Shown: piece after piece, positions 37,938 to 47,900 of the stretch
Layout: every line of letters starts with the position of its first letter
Numbering within the stretch: the stretch's first letter is position 1
From: Pseudomonadota bacterium
Lineage (GTDB): Bacteria; Desulfobacterota; Desulfobacteria; Desulfobacterales; JAHIVH01
Reading direction: 5' to 3'
Length of the DNA stretch: 64,000 bases
NCBI GenBank assembly: GCA_018816735.1
Contig: JAHIVH010000129.1
Location: 138,628-202,627, forward strand
Notes under the pieces: generated by a model
Seen by the model: only the letters and a program-made list of their open reading frames with translations
The model's database searches: none
What the model was told of the DNA's origin: nothing
Translations under genes and position numbers: made by a program

Positions 37938-37953
37938 TGGCATGTGGTGTGCA
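37938..37953 (+). promoter_or_regulatory. Sigma-54-type promoter candidate TGGCAT-N5-GTGCA
   Basis: GG (37939-37940) and GC (37951-37952) are separated by exactly 10 nt. About 90 nt upstream of the 38042 start codon (RBS AGGAGGA). Confidence 0.45.
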
Positions 37954-38041
37954 TTTTCGGCTTTTGGGAATTAGAAGTGTGCAGGAGAATTGGGAGAAAC
38001 GAATATTTTTTTAAGGGCTTTTAAGGATAAGGAGGAAAAAA

Positions 38042-38677
38042 ATGTTTTCATTATTTCAAAGCGGCGGTTCATTCATGTATGTGATTTTATGCGTCTCTAT
38101 TATTGCGCTGGCCCTTTTTGCAGAAAGAGCCACCTTTCTCTACTTCAAAATGAAAATGAATATTGAGGGCCCGTTTCAGAAAATAGTGAATGCTTTGGAG
38201 AAAATGAACTACAGGGGCGCCATTGAGGAATGCACCCGAATCGAGTCGCATCCCATGGGCAGAATCCTGAAGGCAGGTCTTTTAAAGGCCGATAAACGGG
38301 ACAAGGATATCGAGCGGGTACTGGAAGAGAAGATTTTACAGGAAATTCCTTTAGTCAAGGCACGAATCAATCTTCTGACCATGTTCGCCAATATCTCAAC
38401 TCTTCTTGGTCTTCTGGGAACCATTATCGGTCTGATCAGTGCATTTCAAGGCGTAAGCAGTGCCAATGCCGCCATGAAACAGGAAATCCTCGCTAACGGT
38501 ATTTCCGTGGCCATGCTGACCACGGCATTTGGTCTTATTGTGGCCATCCCCTGCCTGGCAGGTTATTATATACTGAATAACCGGGGTGAATATCTTATCG
38601 ATCAGTTCGAGGAAAAAGCATTGTCCCTATTTAACACATTGTCCTCCATAAAAAGAGATAAGGAAGCATCATGCTAG
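38042..38677 (+). CDS. MotA/TolQ/ExbB-family proton channel (AglR-like by context)
   Basis: Three-TM layout with the conserved C-terminal half (LGLLGTIIGLISAF, NGISVAMLTTAFGLIVAIP). Confidence 0.85.
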   Translation: MFSLFQSGGSFMYVILCVSIIALALFAERATFLYFKMKMNIEGPFQKIVNALEKMNYRGAIEECTRIESHPMGRILKAGLLKADKRDKDIERVLEEKILQEIPLVKARINLLTMFANISTLLGLLGTIIGLISAFQGVSSANAAMKQEILANGISVAMLTTAFGLIVAIPCLAGYYILNNRGEYLIDQFEEKALSLFNTLSSIKRDKEASC

Positions 38678-39183
38678 GAAGAGGCCGAAAAAGAAGAAAA
38701 AGTGAAGATGACGTGGAACTGGATATGGTCCCCATCATGAATATGTTTCTGGTATTGATCCCGTTTCTATTGATGTCGGCCAGTTTTTTTCACTTAAAAG
38801 CCATCAACACATCTGTTCCTGTTCTTTCAAATGGTGAAAATAATGATGCCATAAAACCGGATGACACAGTCAAGCTCACATTGATCGTTGAAATAAAAAA
38901 GGACGGTATCCACCTTTCGGCATCATCAGACAATGCGGAAGAAAATATTTTGGCAGGTATAGAAAAAACGTTCAGAATTACAGGGAAAAATGATTATCCC
39001 TTTGACGAATTCAGCACCTGTTTGAGGGATATAAAGGCAAGATATCCGAAAAGCGATACGGTGATCATTATTCCGGAGAAGAGTGTGATTTATGAAACCA
39101 TTATTCAAACCATGGATGTGGCACGATACTCAAAGGAAAGCCCCATGTTTCCGAAAGTCGTGTTGTCCGGGAAAGTAGGATAG
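38671..39183 (+). CDS. ExbD/TolR-like protein, a variant with Asn in place of the conserved TM Asp
   Basis: The TM segment LDMVPIMNMFLVLIPFLL aligns with PLIDIVF of the canonical ExbD in this window. The Asn codon AAT is at 38740-38742. 7-nt overlap with the upstream gene. Confidence 0.75.
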   Translation: MLGRGRKRRKSEDDVELDMVPIMNMFLVLIPFLLMSASFFHLKAINTSVPVLSNGENNDAIKPDDTVKLTLIVEIKKDGIHLSASSDNAEENILAGIEKTFRITGKNDYPFDEFSTCLRDIKARYPKSDTVIIIPEKSVIYETIIQTMDVARYSKESPMFPKVVLSGKVG

Positions 39184-39195
39184 GAGAACGTGTAA

Positions 39196-39681
39196 ATGGC
39201 ACTTGGCAAAAGAAGAAGACAAAAAGGTGCATTTATTCCGCCCAAACTTCAGATTACGTCCATGATGGATATGTTTACCATCATATTGATTTTTCTCCTG
39301 TTTTCATTTTCAGATAAACAGGAAACCCTTTCCCTTGATAATGACCTGCAATTGCCCACATCCAATGCCAAGCTCGATTATAATGATTCGATAAAACTCG
39401 TGCTCACCAAAACACAGCTGCAAATCGATGATAAAGTTGTTGCCAAAATCAGGGATGGTCAGGTTCAGGGGTTGAATCCAAATGATCTCAAGGCATCTGA
39501 GCTTTACAAACAACTGGAATCAAGAAAAAAGAACGATGACAGGACGCGTGAAGATGAAGAAAAGGACACCATTCTGTTTCTTTGCGATAAAAGACTTTCG
39601 TTTGATACGATAAACAGCATTGTAAAAACAGCGGGAATGGCAGGATATCCCAACTTCCAATTTGGCGTATTAAAAAAGTAA
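39196..39681 (+). CDS. ExbD/TolR-like protein (conserved TM Asp retained)
   Basis: LQITSMMDMFTIILIFLLF. 161 aa. Confidence 0.8.
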   Translation: MALGKRRRQKGAFIPPKLQITSMMDMFTIILIFLLFSFSDKQETLSLDNDLQLPTSNAKLDYNDSIKLVLTKTQLQIDDKVVAKIRDGQVQGLNPNDLKASELYKQLESRKKNDDRTREDEEKDTILFLCDKRLSFDTINSIVKTAGMAGYPNFQFGVLKK

Positions 39682-39688
39682 CGGGAAA

Positions 39689-40024
39689 ATGATGAAGAAC
39701 ATGACAGTGACAATGAAAAGAATGATTCAGTCAGGCATCCTGTTTATGCTGATGATGGCTGTATGCGTGACAACATCTTATGCTGCTGAAAAACAGCAGC
39801 AAGGCGCGAACCAGCGGCTTGAAAACCGGATAGATTTCGGAAACTCCTATATCCTGGGGCAGAGCATCAAGTCCGGCGCAGTATACCTTTTGCAGCGAAA
39901 AAAGTCTGATATCAACAGCATGCTTCATGTCAGGGAAAATTATCGAAAAGAGATATTGGAAGATTTTACGGTCAATGATTTAAGCATGGACGATAAAAAA
40001 GGGAATTCCAAAAAAGAAAAGTAA
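39689..40024 (+). CDS. Small secreted protein (position analogous to GltF/NfsF)
   Basis: Signal peptide (ILFMLMMAVCVTTSYA/AEK). 111 aa, no recognised motif. Called mainly on tight operon spacing. Confidence 0.5.
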   Translation: MMKNMTVTMKRMIQSGILFMLMMAVCVTTSYAAEKQQQGANQRLENRIDFGNSYILGQSIKSGAVYLLQRKKSDINSMLHVRENYRKEILEDFTVNDLSMDDKKGNSKKEK

Positions 40025-40077
40025 GATTTCCGTCCTTGGAAGGGCAACTTAATTACGAGACGAAAAGGGATAGCACC

Positions 40078-42675
40078 ATGTCAGTAAATGCGTTTAACAT
40101 CAATCAGCAAGACGAATTTAACGATAAAGATGCATCACTTCCGATTCCATCTGGTCGTGAGTCTTCAACCCAGAACCGTTTCGTTGTTCAATTTTTTATT
40201 TTTTATGGCGAAAATTTTCTGGGTTGGGATTGTTTTTACAAAAAGAAAATTGTTATTGGAAGTGACGACACAGCGGATCTGATTCTGGTTGGTGAACACA
40301 TCGAACCGATTCATGCGGTTGTCTATTTTAAAGGAGACCAGGTTATTGTCTCCGATAAATCCAGTAACACGGGCCTGGTCGTCAACAATCGTTCTGTCAA
40401 AACGATCATTCTCGGCAATTACGATTATATCGATATTGGCCCCTATACGCTTAAAATCAAGGTCAAGCAAAACCAGAATCCGGTTTCAGAGGCCCTCAAA
40501 ACAGATTCGTCCACTGTAAAACAGGGACATGGCGGAGATTCATCGTCTGTTTCAGAAAAAAGTACCGTAAATAGCCAGGCATCGTCCATCAATACCCAAA
40601 AGCCCAAAAAAGCCATTTATTATCCGTTAAAGAAAAATAGCCCGCTGGAGATTTTACCTGCATCAAACACCGAAAAAATTGTTTCTGAACCAGAAGAAAA
40701 CAAACCGTCGGCAATCGCTGCAAAGAACGAAACATCCTATCGGCTTGTCTGTCAGGGTGAGATCGCCCCTGATAAAGATCCTGTGGAAGTGATCGAAAAC
40801 CTGGCCGTGATGATGAAGAAAGAAAAAGACGAGGTCGAGAAGCTGGTTTCAGGTTCCAGGGTTATTCTTAAAAAAGATATCGATATGGCTGCCGCTGAAA
40901 GACTTCGGAAAACATTTGAGCGATTGGGCCTTATCGTTAATATTGAAAAGACGGGCACCGCAGTTGAGAATCAGGAAATAGCGAAACCGGCGGTCCGGGA
41001 AGAGCAGGTTGAAAGGCCTGTGGAAGAGATCCCCGATCAACAGGAACTATCGAAACCGACACAAGATAATCAGAAAGAAACACAAAAGGAAGAAAAACAA
41101 CCGTCCGTATTTGAGGCTGTACCCCAACCTGAGCCTGAAATGGAAAAAGATCCATTTCAAACCATGTCTTTTCAATACGATGACGACGATGACGATGACG
41201 ACGAACCCGATACAGTCGCGGATTTTTTACTGAGAGAAAGAATTCTTGATTCAGGTATAAAATCATCTTCTTCCAAATCATCCGGTCAACCTCTTGTTGA
41301 AGTCATGAAATACCGTTCAGATACGGTTATGGATATCACTTATTTAAATGTAAATGAAAAATACGTCATTCAACATGGAAAAGACAAATTCTGTCTGGCC
41401 CGCCATCAGAAAAAAAACGGCGGCCTGTTTTATTTTGATGAGGAGATAGAAGGTATCGTTCAGTATGACGCCTCCCAACAGAAAGAAATAAATTCCCTCC
41501 GGTCTGACGACCGCATTCATAAAAAAGGAAAGGGAGTTTACAGGGAATCCCTTCCGAAAAATGGTGTCGTCATTCTGACCGATGATGTGTTTACCTATCA
41601 TATCAGGATGGTAGACGGTATCGAACTTCCGGAGGTTCACATTGCTTCCGGAAAGAGTATCGGCTTTCATAAATTTCTGGCCAAGTCGTCTGTATTCCAT
41701 GTGGTCATGATCCTGCTTCTGTCTCTTATTTACGCACTGAGCCAGAAACCTATAGTAAAACCGCCTGAAACCTATTTCGTCAACATGGATATGGATACGC
41801 TGGCTGAAATAAATAGGGTCTTGAAACCGCCTGTCAAACCTCAACCAGAAGTGATGGATCTGGCAGAAGAGCCCCCAAAAACAGTTGAAAAAAAGCCGGT
41901 TCCCAAACCTGATGCCCCTCAAAAAAATGTGGCAAAAGCACCTGCCAGGCAAATCAGCAAAAAGGGGAAGGGCACTGTTTCAAGATCACCTAAAGCCGGT
42001 GGCGGATTTGGAGATGGCAACGTGGCAAACCGGAATATCAATGAAGCCGGTCTTTTGGGGATTCTGGGAACAGCCATGGATGCCGCCGCTCCCAGTCAGG
42101 CGCTTGCTGCCGTCACCAATCTCGATGCCGTGTCGTCTTCATCATCCCAAAATGCCAATTTCAAGGTGGGTGGAATCGTAGGGAAGCTTGGCACATCCAG
42201 GATCGAGTTGACCTCACCCGGAGATATAGGCGGAGGAACCAAAGGGGATAGACAGGTCTTGAGAAGCTACGGCGCCGGCGGAGAAGGAACCGTTGCGGCC
42301 CTTGAAAAAGGAACAACCGGTCAGAAACAGGTCATGGGTCTTGTCAAGGCCAATCTGACCAAAACAGTTACCATACAGGGCGGGATGAGCAGAGAAGCGG
42401 TAAAACGGGTGATTGACGAACATCTGGACGAAATCAGTTACTGTTATGAAACCGCCCTTATTTCCAATCCGTCGATAATGGGCAGAGTCGTATTTGAATG
42501 GAAAATTCTCGCATCAGGACGTGTCGGTGAAGTGACGATCAAGTCCTCTTCGATCAATTCAAACGAGATTCATTCATGCATTAAATCTTCAATCAAAACC
42601 TGGCAATTTCCCAAACCCACAGGAAGCGAGGTTGTCGTATCATATCCGTTTATTTTCGATATTGTCGGATTCTAA
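40078..42675 (+). CDS. FHA-like / single-TM / Pro-rich / AgmX-PglI-type (TonB_C-like) C-terminal domain protein (GltG/GltJ-like)
   Basis: FHA-like block IVIGSDDTADLILVGEHIEPIHAVVYFKGDQVIVSDKSSNTGLVVNNRSV. Long E/K/P/Q-rich region with the run DDDDDDDDEPD. TM helix FHVVMILLLSLIYAL. Pro-rich spacer. C-terminal GGMSREAVKRVIDEHLDEISYCYETAL...VVVSYPFIFD. ATG 40078 is preferred over the TTG at 40036. Confidence 0.8.
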   Translation: MSVNAFNINQQDEFNDKDASLPIPSGRESSTQNRFVVQFFIFYGENFLGWDCFYKKKIVIGSDDTADLILVGEHIEPIHAVVYFKGDQVIVSDKSSNTGLVVNNRSVKTIILGNYDYIDIGPYTLKIKVKQNQNPVSEALKTDSSTVKQGHGGDSSSVSEKSTVNSQASSINTQKPKKAIYYPLKKNSPLEILPASNTEKIVSEPEENKPSAIAAKNETSYRLVCQGEIAPDKDPVEVIENLAVMMKKEKDEVEKLVSGSRVILKKDIDMAAAERLRKTFERLGLIVNIEKTGTAVENQEIAKPAVREEQVERPVEEIPDQQELSKPTQDNQKETQKEEKQPSVFEAVPQPEPEMEKDPFQTMSFQYDDDDDDDDEPDTVADFLLRERILDSGIKSSSSKSSGQPLVEVMKYRSDTVMDITYLNVNEKYVIQHGKDKFCLARHQKKNGGLFYFDEEIEGIVQYDASQQKEINSLRSDDRIHKKGKGVYRESLPKNGVVILTDDVFTYHIRMVDGIELPEVHIASGKSIGFHKFLAKSSVFHVVMILLLSLIYALSQKPIVKPPETYFVNMDMDTLAEINRVLKPPVKPQPEVMDLAEEPPKTVEKKPVPKPDAPQKNVAKAPARQISKKGKGTVSRSPKAGGGFGDGNVANRNINEAGLLGILGTAMDAAAPSQALAAVTNLDAVSSSSSQNANFKVGGIVGKLGTSRIELTSPGDIGGGTKGDRQVLRSYGAGGEGTVAALEKGTTGQKQVMGLVKANLTKTVTIQGGMSREAVKRVIDEHLDEISYCYETALISNPSIMGRVVFEWKILASGRVGEVTIKSSSINSNEIHSCIKSSIKTWQFPKPTGSEVVVSYPFIFDIVGF

Positions 42676-42688
42676 GGAGCCACTATTT

Positions 42689-43417
42689 ATGAAAAACATT
42701 TTGTCATTTGTCATTGCCATCATGCTTGTTTTTTCCATGACAGGTCCGTTTTTACAGACTGCATCCGGTAAAGAAGCGGAACCGGTTTTGGTCATCCAAA
42801 ACCGGGTGTTTCACAAAAATCATGAACTTTCGCTGTCTTTCGGGTATGTTGCGGATGATGATTTTTTTAATGTATACCCGGTTGGCATCAGTTATACCTT
42901 CAATTTTTCGGATCATATCGCCTGGGAAGTGGCAAGAGCGCAATTCAATCTGACCCGGGAGAAAGATCTGAAAGGCAATCTTGAAAATGAATTCGGCGCC
43001 ACCCCTTCTGAATTCACCGAACCGATTTATTCCATTCATTCCAGTTTTGTTTTAAAACCGTTTTACGGAAAGGAATCGATTTATAACAAGCGCGTCATCA
43101 ACCATGAAACCTATTTCCTTCTGGGCGCGGGTATCGCCAATTTTGAACGGAAAAAAAGCTATGGAGATCCGGACACGGAAAATGCAATCTCCATCGGTGT
43201 GGGTGTTGGCAAGAAGTATTATATCAATAAGCACCTCTGTGTGAATTTTGAACTTCGGGACTATGTCAACCTGAAAGAAGACAATACCCAGAACACCATA
43301 TTCTTTGGCATGAGCCTGGGGTTGCGGTTCAATCTTCTGCCGCGGAAAACAGATAGCGACAAAACCATCGAGACATTGAACGACTACCTGAAAATGGGGG
43401 ATTCAAATGCTTTATAA
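42689..43417 (+). CDS. Outer-membrane beta-barrel protein (GltH/GltK-like position)
   Basis: Signal peptide (MKNILSFVIAIMLVFSMTGPFLQTASG). Alternating hydrophobic beta-strand pattern (HELSLSFGYV, VGISYTFNF, CVNFELRDYV, FFGMSLGLRFNL). The start at ATG 42689 follows GGAG. Confidence 0.6.
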   Translation: MKNILSFVIAIMLVFSMTGPFLQTASGKEAEPVLVIQNRVFHKNHELSLSFGYVADDDFFNVYPVGISYTFNFSDHIAWEVARAQFNLTREKDLKGNLENEFGATPSEFTEPIYSIHSSFVLKPFYGKESIYNKRVINHETYFLLGAGIANFERKKSYGDPDTENAISIGVGVGKKYYINKHLCVNFELRDYVNLKEDNTQNTIFFGMSLGLRFNLLPRKTDSDKTIETLNDYLKMGDSNAL

Positions 43418-44927
43418 CAGGCGTTTAGCGGGTTTCCTGGGGATATTCATTCTGATGCTGTCGGTCTTGGCAGGGCCTTACCAGAGCGACGTGTATGCCG
43501 TTTCTTCCAAAAACGAATCTGATAAGAAAGATCCAAAGGTCCAACCTGTCGTTGCAAATGAATATGATCGCAAGGATTTTGAAAAAGGCTATCATTACTT
43601 TGAAAAGGAAGATTATGAAGCGGCGGCGCCTTATTTTTATCGGTTTGTAAAAAATCATACAGCCGATGATGAAGACTATGAATGGGCGGAATTTTTTCTG
43701 GCCATCTCTCTTGCAAAAACCGGCTTTTCCCATGCATCGGTGGATATCCTTTCTATGCTGGTCACCCGGAAGCCCAATCAGAAAATTGTCACGTATGCCC
43801 TGGAAGTATTTGAAACGATAGTGAGGACAAAACCGTTTGACAGGGAACTGGTGATCAATCAGGCCATATGTGATCAGGATTATGGTTTTGTAGATGGCAG
43901 ACTCTCCAATTTTATTCATTACTATCAGGGCGTCTATGACTGGCAGCATGGATTTTTCGAGTGGGGAGACGGTCATTTCAGGAATATTTCAAAAGAGTCG
44001 TATTACTATTACAAATACCTGTACCAGAAGGCCAAACAGGAACTTCACAATGATAAAATCGATGAGGCTATCGCCACGTTAAAAACCATTATGGTGAGAG
44101 ATGTCAAGGAAACGGATCTGAAGGATGATGTGCGGAAAATGCTGGCAAGACTTCTTTATGAAAAAGAAGATTTCAAGGCAGCCAATCGACTGTATCAGGA
44201 CATTGAACAGAATATTCTGGATCAGTCCCAGAATCTCATGGAACTCGCATGGGTTCAATACAGACAGGGAAATCCGGAAAAAGCCATGGGGCTTTTATAT
44301 GCATTTGAGGCGCCTTCTTTTAAAAACAGTTTTACACCGGAGTACTTCATATTGAAATCGTTTATCTATAAGGATGTCTGCCACTACCAGCGTGCTTTGG
44401 ATGTGGTCGAGGATTTCAGGGCACGCTACGGGGATGCCCTTACCCATATCTATAACAGGAAAGAACCGATCACCAATGAAGCGTTGATACTCGTCCTTTT
44501 AGGTAAAAAACAGATCAACGATACGTTCAAATTCCTGAATCTTTTGACCAGGGAAAAAGAGAAGGTGAAGGGTATCAAGGACAGCGTGTTTCAATTCTAT
44601 ATGAACAGGCTCTATGATCTCAAAATAAGGGAAAGTGCGGAAACGCTAAGAAATCAGATTCAGGAGTCTTACGAAGAAATGGCCAATGAGCTTTTGAAAT
44701 ATGAGGAAGAAGCCTACCTGATGGCATATGAGATCGGTCTTGACATGTATCAGCGGGTTACGGATCACCATTATGCAGGTGAAGAAAACAAGGAACAAAA
44801 ATCTGACAAGGGAATCGTGGTATATCCGTTCCAGGGAGAATTCTGGAATGACGAATTATCAGATTATCATGTGAGTCTGCCGGATAAATGCAACCAAATG
44901 GAAGAATGGGATATCTTTTTCAAATGA
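43407..44927 (+). CDS. Exported TPR-repeat protein (GltE/NfsE-like size and position)
   Basis: Signal peptide, then repeated TPR-like A/Y/L patterns (FEKGYHYFEKEDYEAAAPYFYRF, YEKEDFKAANRLYQDI, YRQGNPEKAMGLL). Overlaps the upstream gene by 11 nt. Confidence 0.7.
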   Translation: MLYNRRLAGFLGIFILMLSVLAGPYQSDVYAVSSKNESDKKDPKVQPVVANEYDRKDFEKGYHYFEKEDYEAAAPYFYRFVKNHTADDEDYEWAEFFLAISLAKTGFSHASVDILSMLVTRKPNQKIVTYALEVFETIVRTKPFDRELVINQAICDQDYGFVDGRLSNFIHYYQGVYDWQHGFFEWGDGHFRNISKESYYYYKYLYQKAKQELHNDKIDEAIATLKTIMVRDVKETDLKDDVRKMLARLLYEKEDFKAANRLYQDIEQNILDQSQNLMELAWVQYRQGNPEKAMGLLYAFEAPSFKNSFTPEYFILKSFIYKDVCHYQRALDVVEDFRARYGDALTHIYNRKEPITNEALILVLLGKKQINDTFKFLNLLTREKEKVKGIKDSVFQFYMNRLYDLKIRESAETLRNQIQESYEEMANELLKYEEEAYLMAYEIGLDMYQRVTDHHYAGEENKEQKSDKGIVVYPFQGEFWNDELSDYHVSLPDKCNQMEEWDIFFK

Positions 44928-47900
44928 AAAAAGGTCATATGTTAAAAAAAATAATCGGTGTATGTCTTTTTGTACTGCTGCTTTCAGAATGGTCGGGTAT
45001 GGTCCTTGCCGCTGTTGATCAGTACGGGTATCAGCAGACGAATCAGGATGAGGAACGGAAAAAATATATCGCCAAACTACTGGAGGACAGACAAAAAGTT
45101 GAAATGGCGATTTTAAACACCCGTTCCCTTATCGATAAATCAAGGAACAGGCCCTATCTGCCGGAGCTTTACTTAAGACTTGCAGAACTCCACATTGAAA
45201 AATCGAGAATCGCTTTCTTTGTAAGAAAAAACCAGAGAGACGGTGAAAGCTCTTCCCTCGATCAGTTTGAATCAAATACCCTGAAAAACAGGGCGCTTGA
45301 GATTTATCAGCGAATTCTGGACGATTTCCCTGATTTTCAGGATCAGGATAAAGTGCATTTTTTCATGGCCCATGAATTCAGGGAGCTCAATAAAACCGAT
45401 GAGATGATCGCCCATTACCGGGAAATTATACGTAAATACCCCAATAGTTCATATGTGCCGGAATCCTATCTTCTTCTGGGAGATTACTTCATGGGCAAAG
45501 GCGATGTGGACATGGCCAAACGTCATTATGAAAAGGTCATCGATTACCCGTTCAGCCAGGCTGTGGTTATTGCACGGTATAAACTGGCCTGGTGTCATAT
45601 CAACAATGCGGATTATAAAAGTGCCATTCATCTGTTCGAAGATGCCGTGAGTCAGTCGGAAAATCTGAAAAATATCGATATTGATACATACAGGCGCGTG
45701 GATGTCAAACAGGAAGCCCTGATCGACATGGCCTATTGTTATACCGAATGTTACAAAGACAGCACCCCTGAAGAGGCACTTACTTACTTCCAGAAATATA
45801 GCTGGTCCAGACAGGTCTATGTGGTCGTTCTCGAAAAGCTTGCCTACAGATATCTTTTAAAGAAAAAATGGCATCATGCAGCCCTGGTTTACAGACAGCT
45901 TTCTATTTTGCAGCAGGATGCAGACAAGCTGCTTGATTATTCGAAAAATATTTTTGAATGCGTCCAGGCCATGGGAAAATTCGATGATGTGGATCAGGAT
46001 ATGGCCATTATCGTAAAAGCGTTGAAAAAACAGAAATACGCTGCTGACGTCACGGATGAAGTCAAAGCGAAAAACGTCAAGGATTATGAGTTGTATGCAA
46101 GAGATCTGGCCACCCACCTGCATCAGAAAGCGAGGAAAGACAAATCCGCAGATGACTTCAGGCGTGCGGCAGACGCTTATAAAACCTATCTCGAATTTTT
46201 TAACGAAAGTCCTGTGAAACAGGAAATGAACGTGAATTATTCAGAAGCACTCTTTTCCTCCAAAGATTACCTTCATGCAGGAAAGCAGTATGAAAAACTC
46301 GCACTTGCATCTGAAAAAGATCCGAAAAACAGAAAAGAAAATTTATACAGTTCGGTCATATCCTATTATACCGCCATTAAAAACAAGGATAACCTGGATT
46401 CATATGAACTGGCATTTGCCAGAGGCGGACTGAAAGAAACAGGGAAATCGTATGCCAAGGAGTTCCCCACGTCCCGCTATGTGGAGGATGTGTTATTCAA
46501 TGTGGCATGGATTTCCTACGATGCCGGCAACTATGACGACGCGATCAAAGATTTTTCAGAATTTGTGAATAAATATCCGGGCGGCAAACCGGCGAGTGCG
46601 GCGGTTCATCTGATTCTGGATGCCTATCATCTGAAGGAGGATCATGAAGGATTGATTGCCTATGGCCGGAAAGTATTGGCCGACAACCGTATAAGGGATT
46701 CGAAACTCAAACAGGATGTGGTCCAGATCGTCAAGGCCACGGAATCCAAAGTGGTATCCAATCTCACCATCGCAGCCATGGATGACTGGGAAAAAGGGAA
46801 ATCCGAGCTGCTGGACCTGGCCGAAGACAGCACGACATCCGGCATGGGTGAGCAGGCGTTGAATGCGCTTATTATTTCCGCAAAAGACAAAGACGATCTT
46901 CAGGCGCTTTTTACCGGCGGCAACACATTCATCAAGAAATATCCGAAGTCGGACAAGCTTGAAAGCACCATGAATGCAATGATCGATTCATCCCTTAAAA
47001 TCAATCAATACAGAATGGTGGCTTCCTACCTGGAATCCTTTGCCGAAAAATTTCCCAAAAACAAGGTGGCACAAGATTTTCTCAATCAGGCTGGTCAGAT
47101 CAGAAAAAATCTGGGCCAGAATGAGCTTTCCAACAGAAATTACATCAGAATCCTGAATACCTATTCTATGAACGACGGTGTTGCCGATGAGGTTGTCTTC
47201 AACATGGCTGATAATTACATCGCGCTCAACAAGGATGACGGGGCCATCAGTGTGATGGAGGGCAACTTAAAGAAGTTGTCGGAAACCGGAAAAGTTAGAG
47301 CAGAAGCCATGATCGCCGGTTTATATCTGAAAAAAGGCCAGGAGAAAAATGCACTGAAGTACAGAAAAATGGCCTATAGCGACTATTCCGGAAAGACGGC
47401 TGGAAAAGATCCTGCCCTTGATGAGGCTTTTGCCGAAATGGCATTTCATGCGGTGCAAAGAAATTACAACGACTACTCAGCCCTTCAGTTGAAAGGGAAA
47501 ATAGACAATACGGTTGTGGCCCGGAAAGCCAAACTTTTGGAGGATCTGGAAAAAGGGTATCAATCCATCATGGGGTACCCGTCTCCGGTATGGGTGCTTT
47601 CAGCCTGTTATTATGCTGCCCGGATCAATCATGAATTCGCCCGTTTCCTGATTGAATCGCCATTGCCTGAACTGTCCGCCGACCAGAAGGAAAACTATCT
47701 TAAGATCATTCAGCAGAAAGCGGATGGTTATTCAAAAAAAGGGGATCAATATCTGGATACGTTCGTCAAACAGGCCAAGAAACTTGAAATTTGTGATTCC
47801 AAAGTGGCAGGGCTTGTTGATTTGTCATCAGGAAAGGTGACCCAAAAAGGTCGTATGCAATCGTTTAACGGCAGCGAAGAACGGGTTTCGGTCGCCCAGA

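Noticed and set aside
40036-40077. TTG start 14 codons upstream of the FHA-like protein ATG.
   Set aside because: The ATG at 40078 has a purine-rich RBS-like stretch (AAAAGGGA) at suitable distance. The TTG extension adds no recognisable sequence. The choice remains uncertain.
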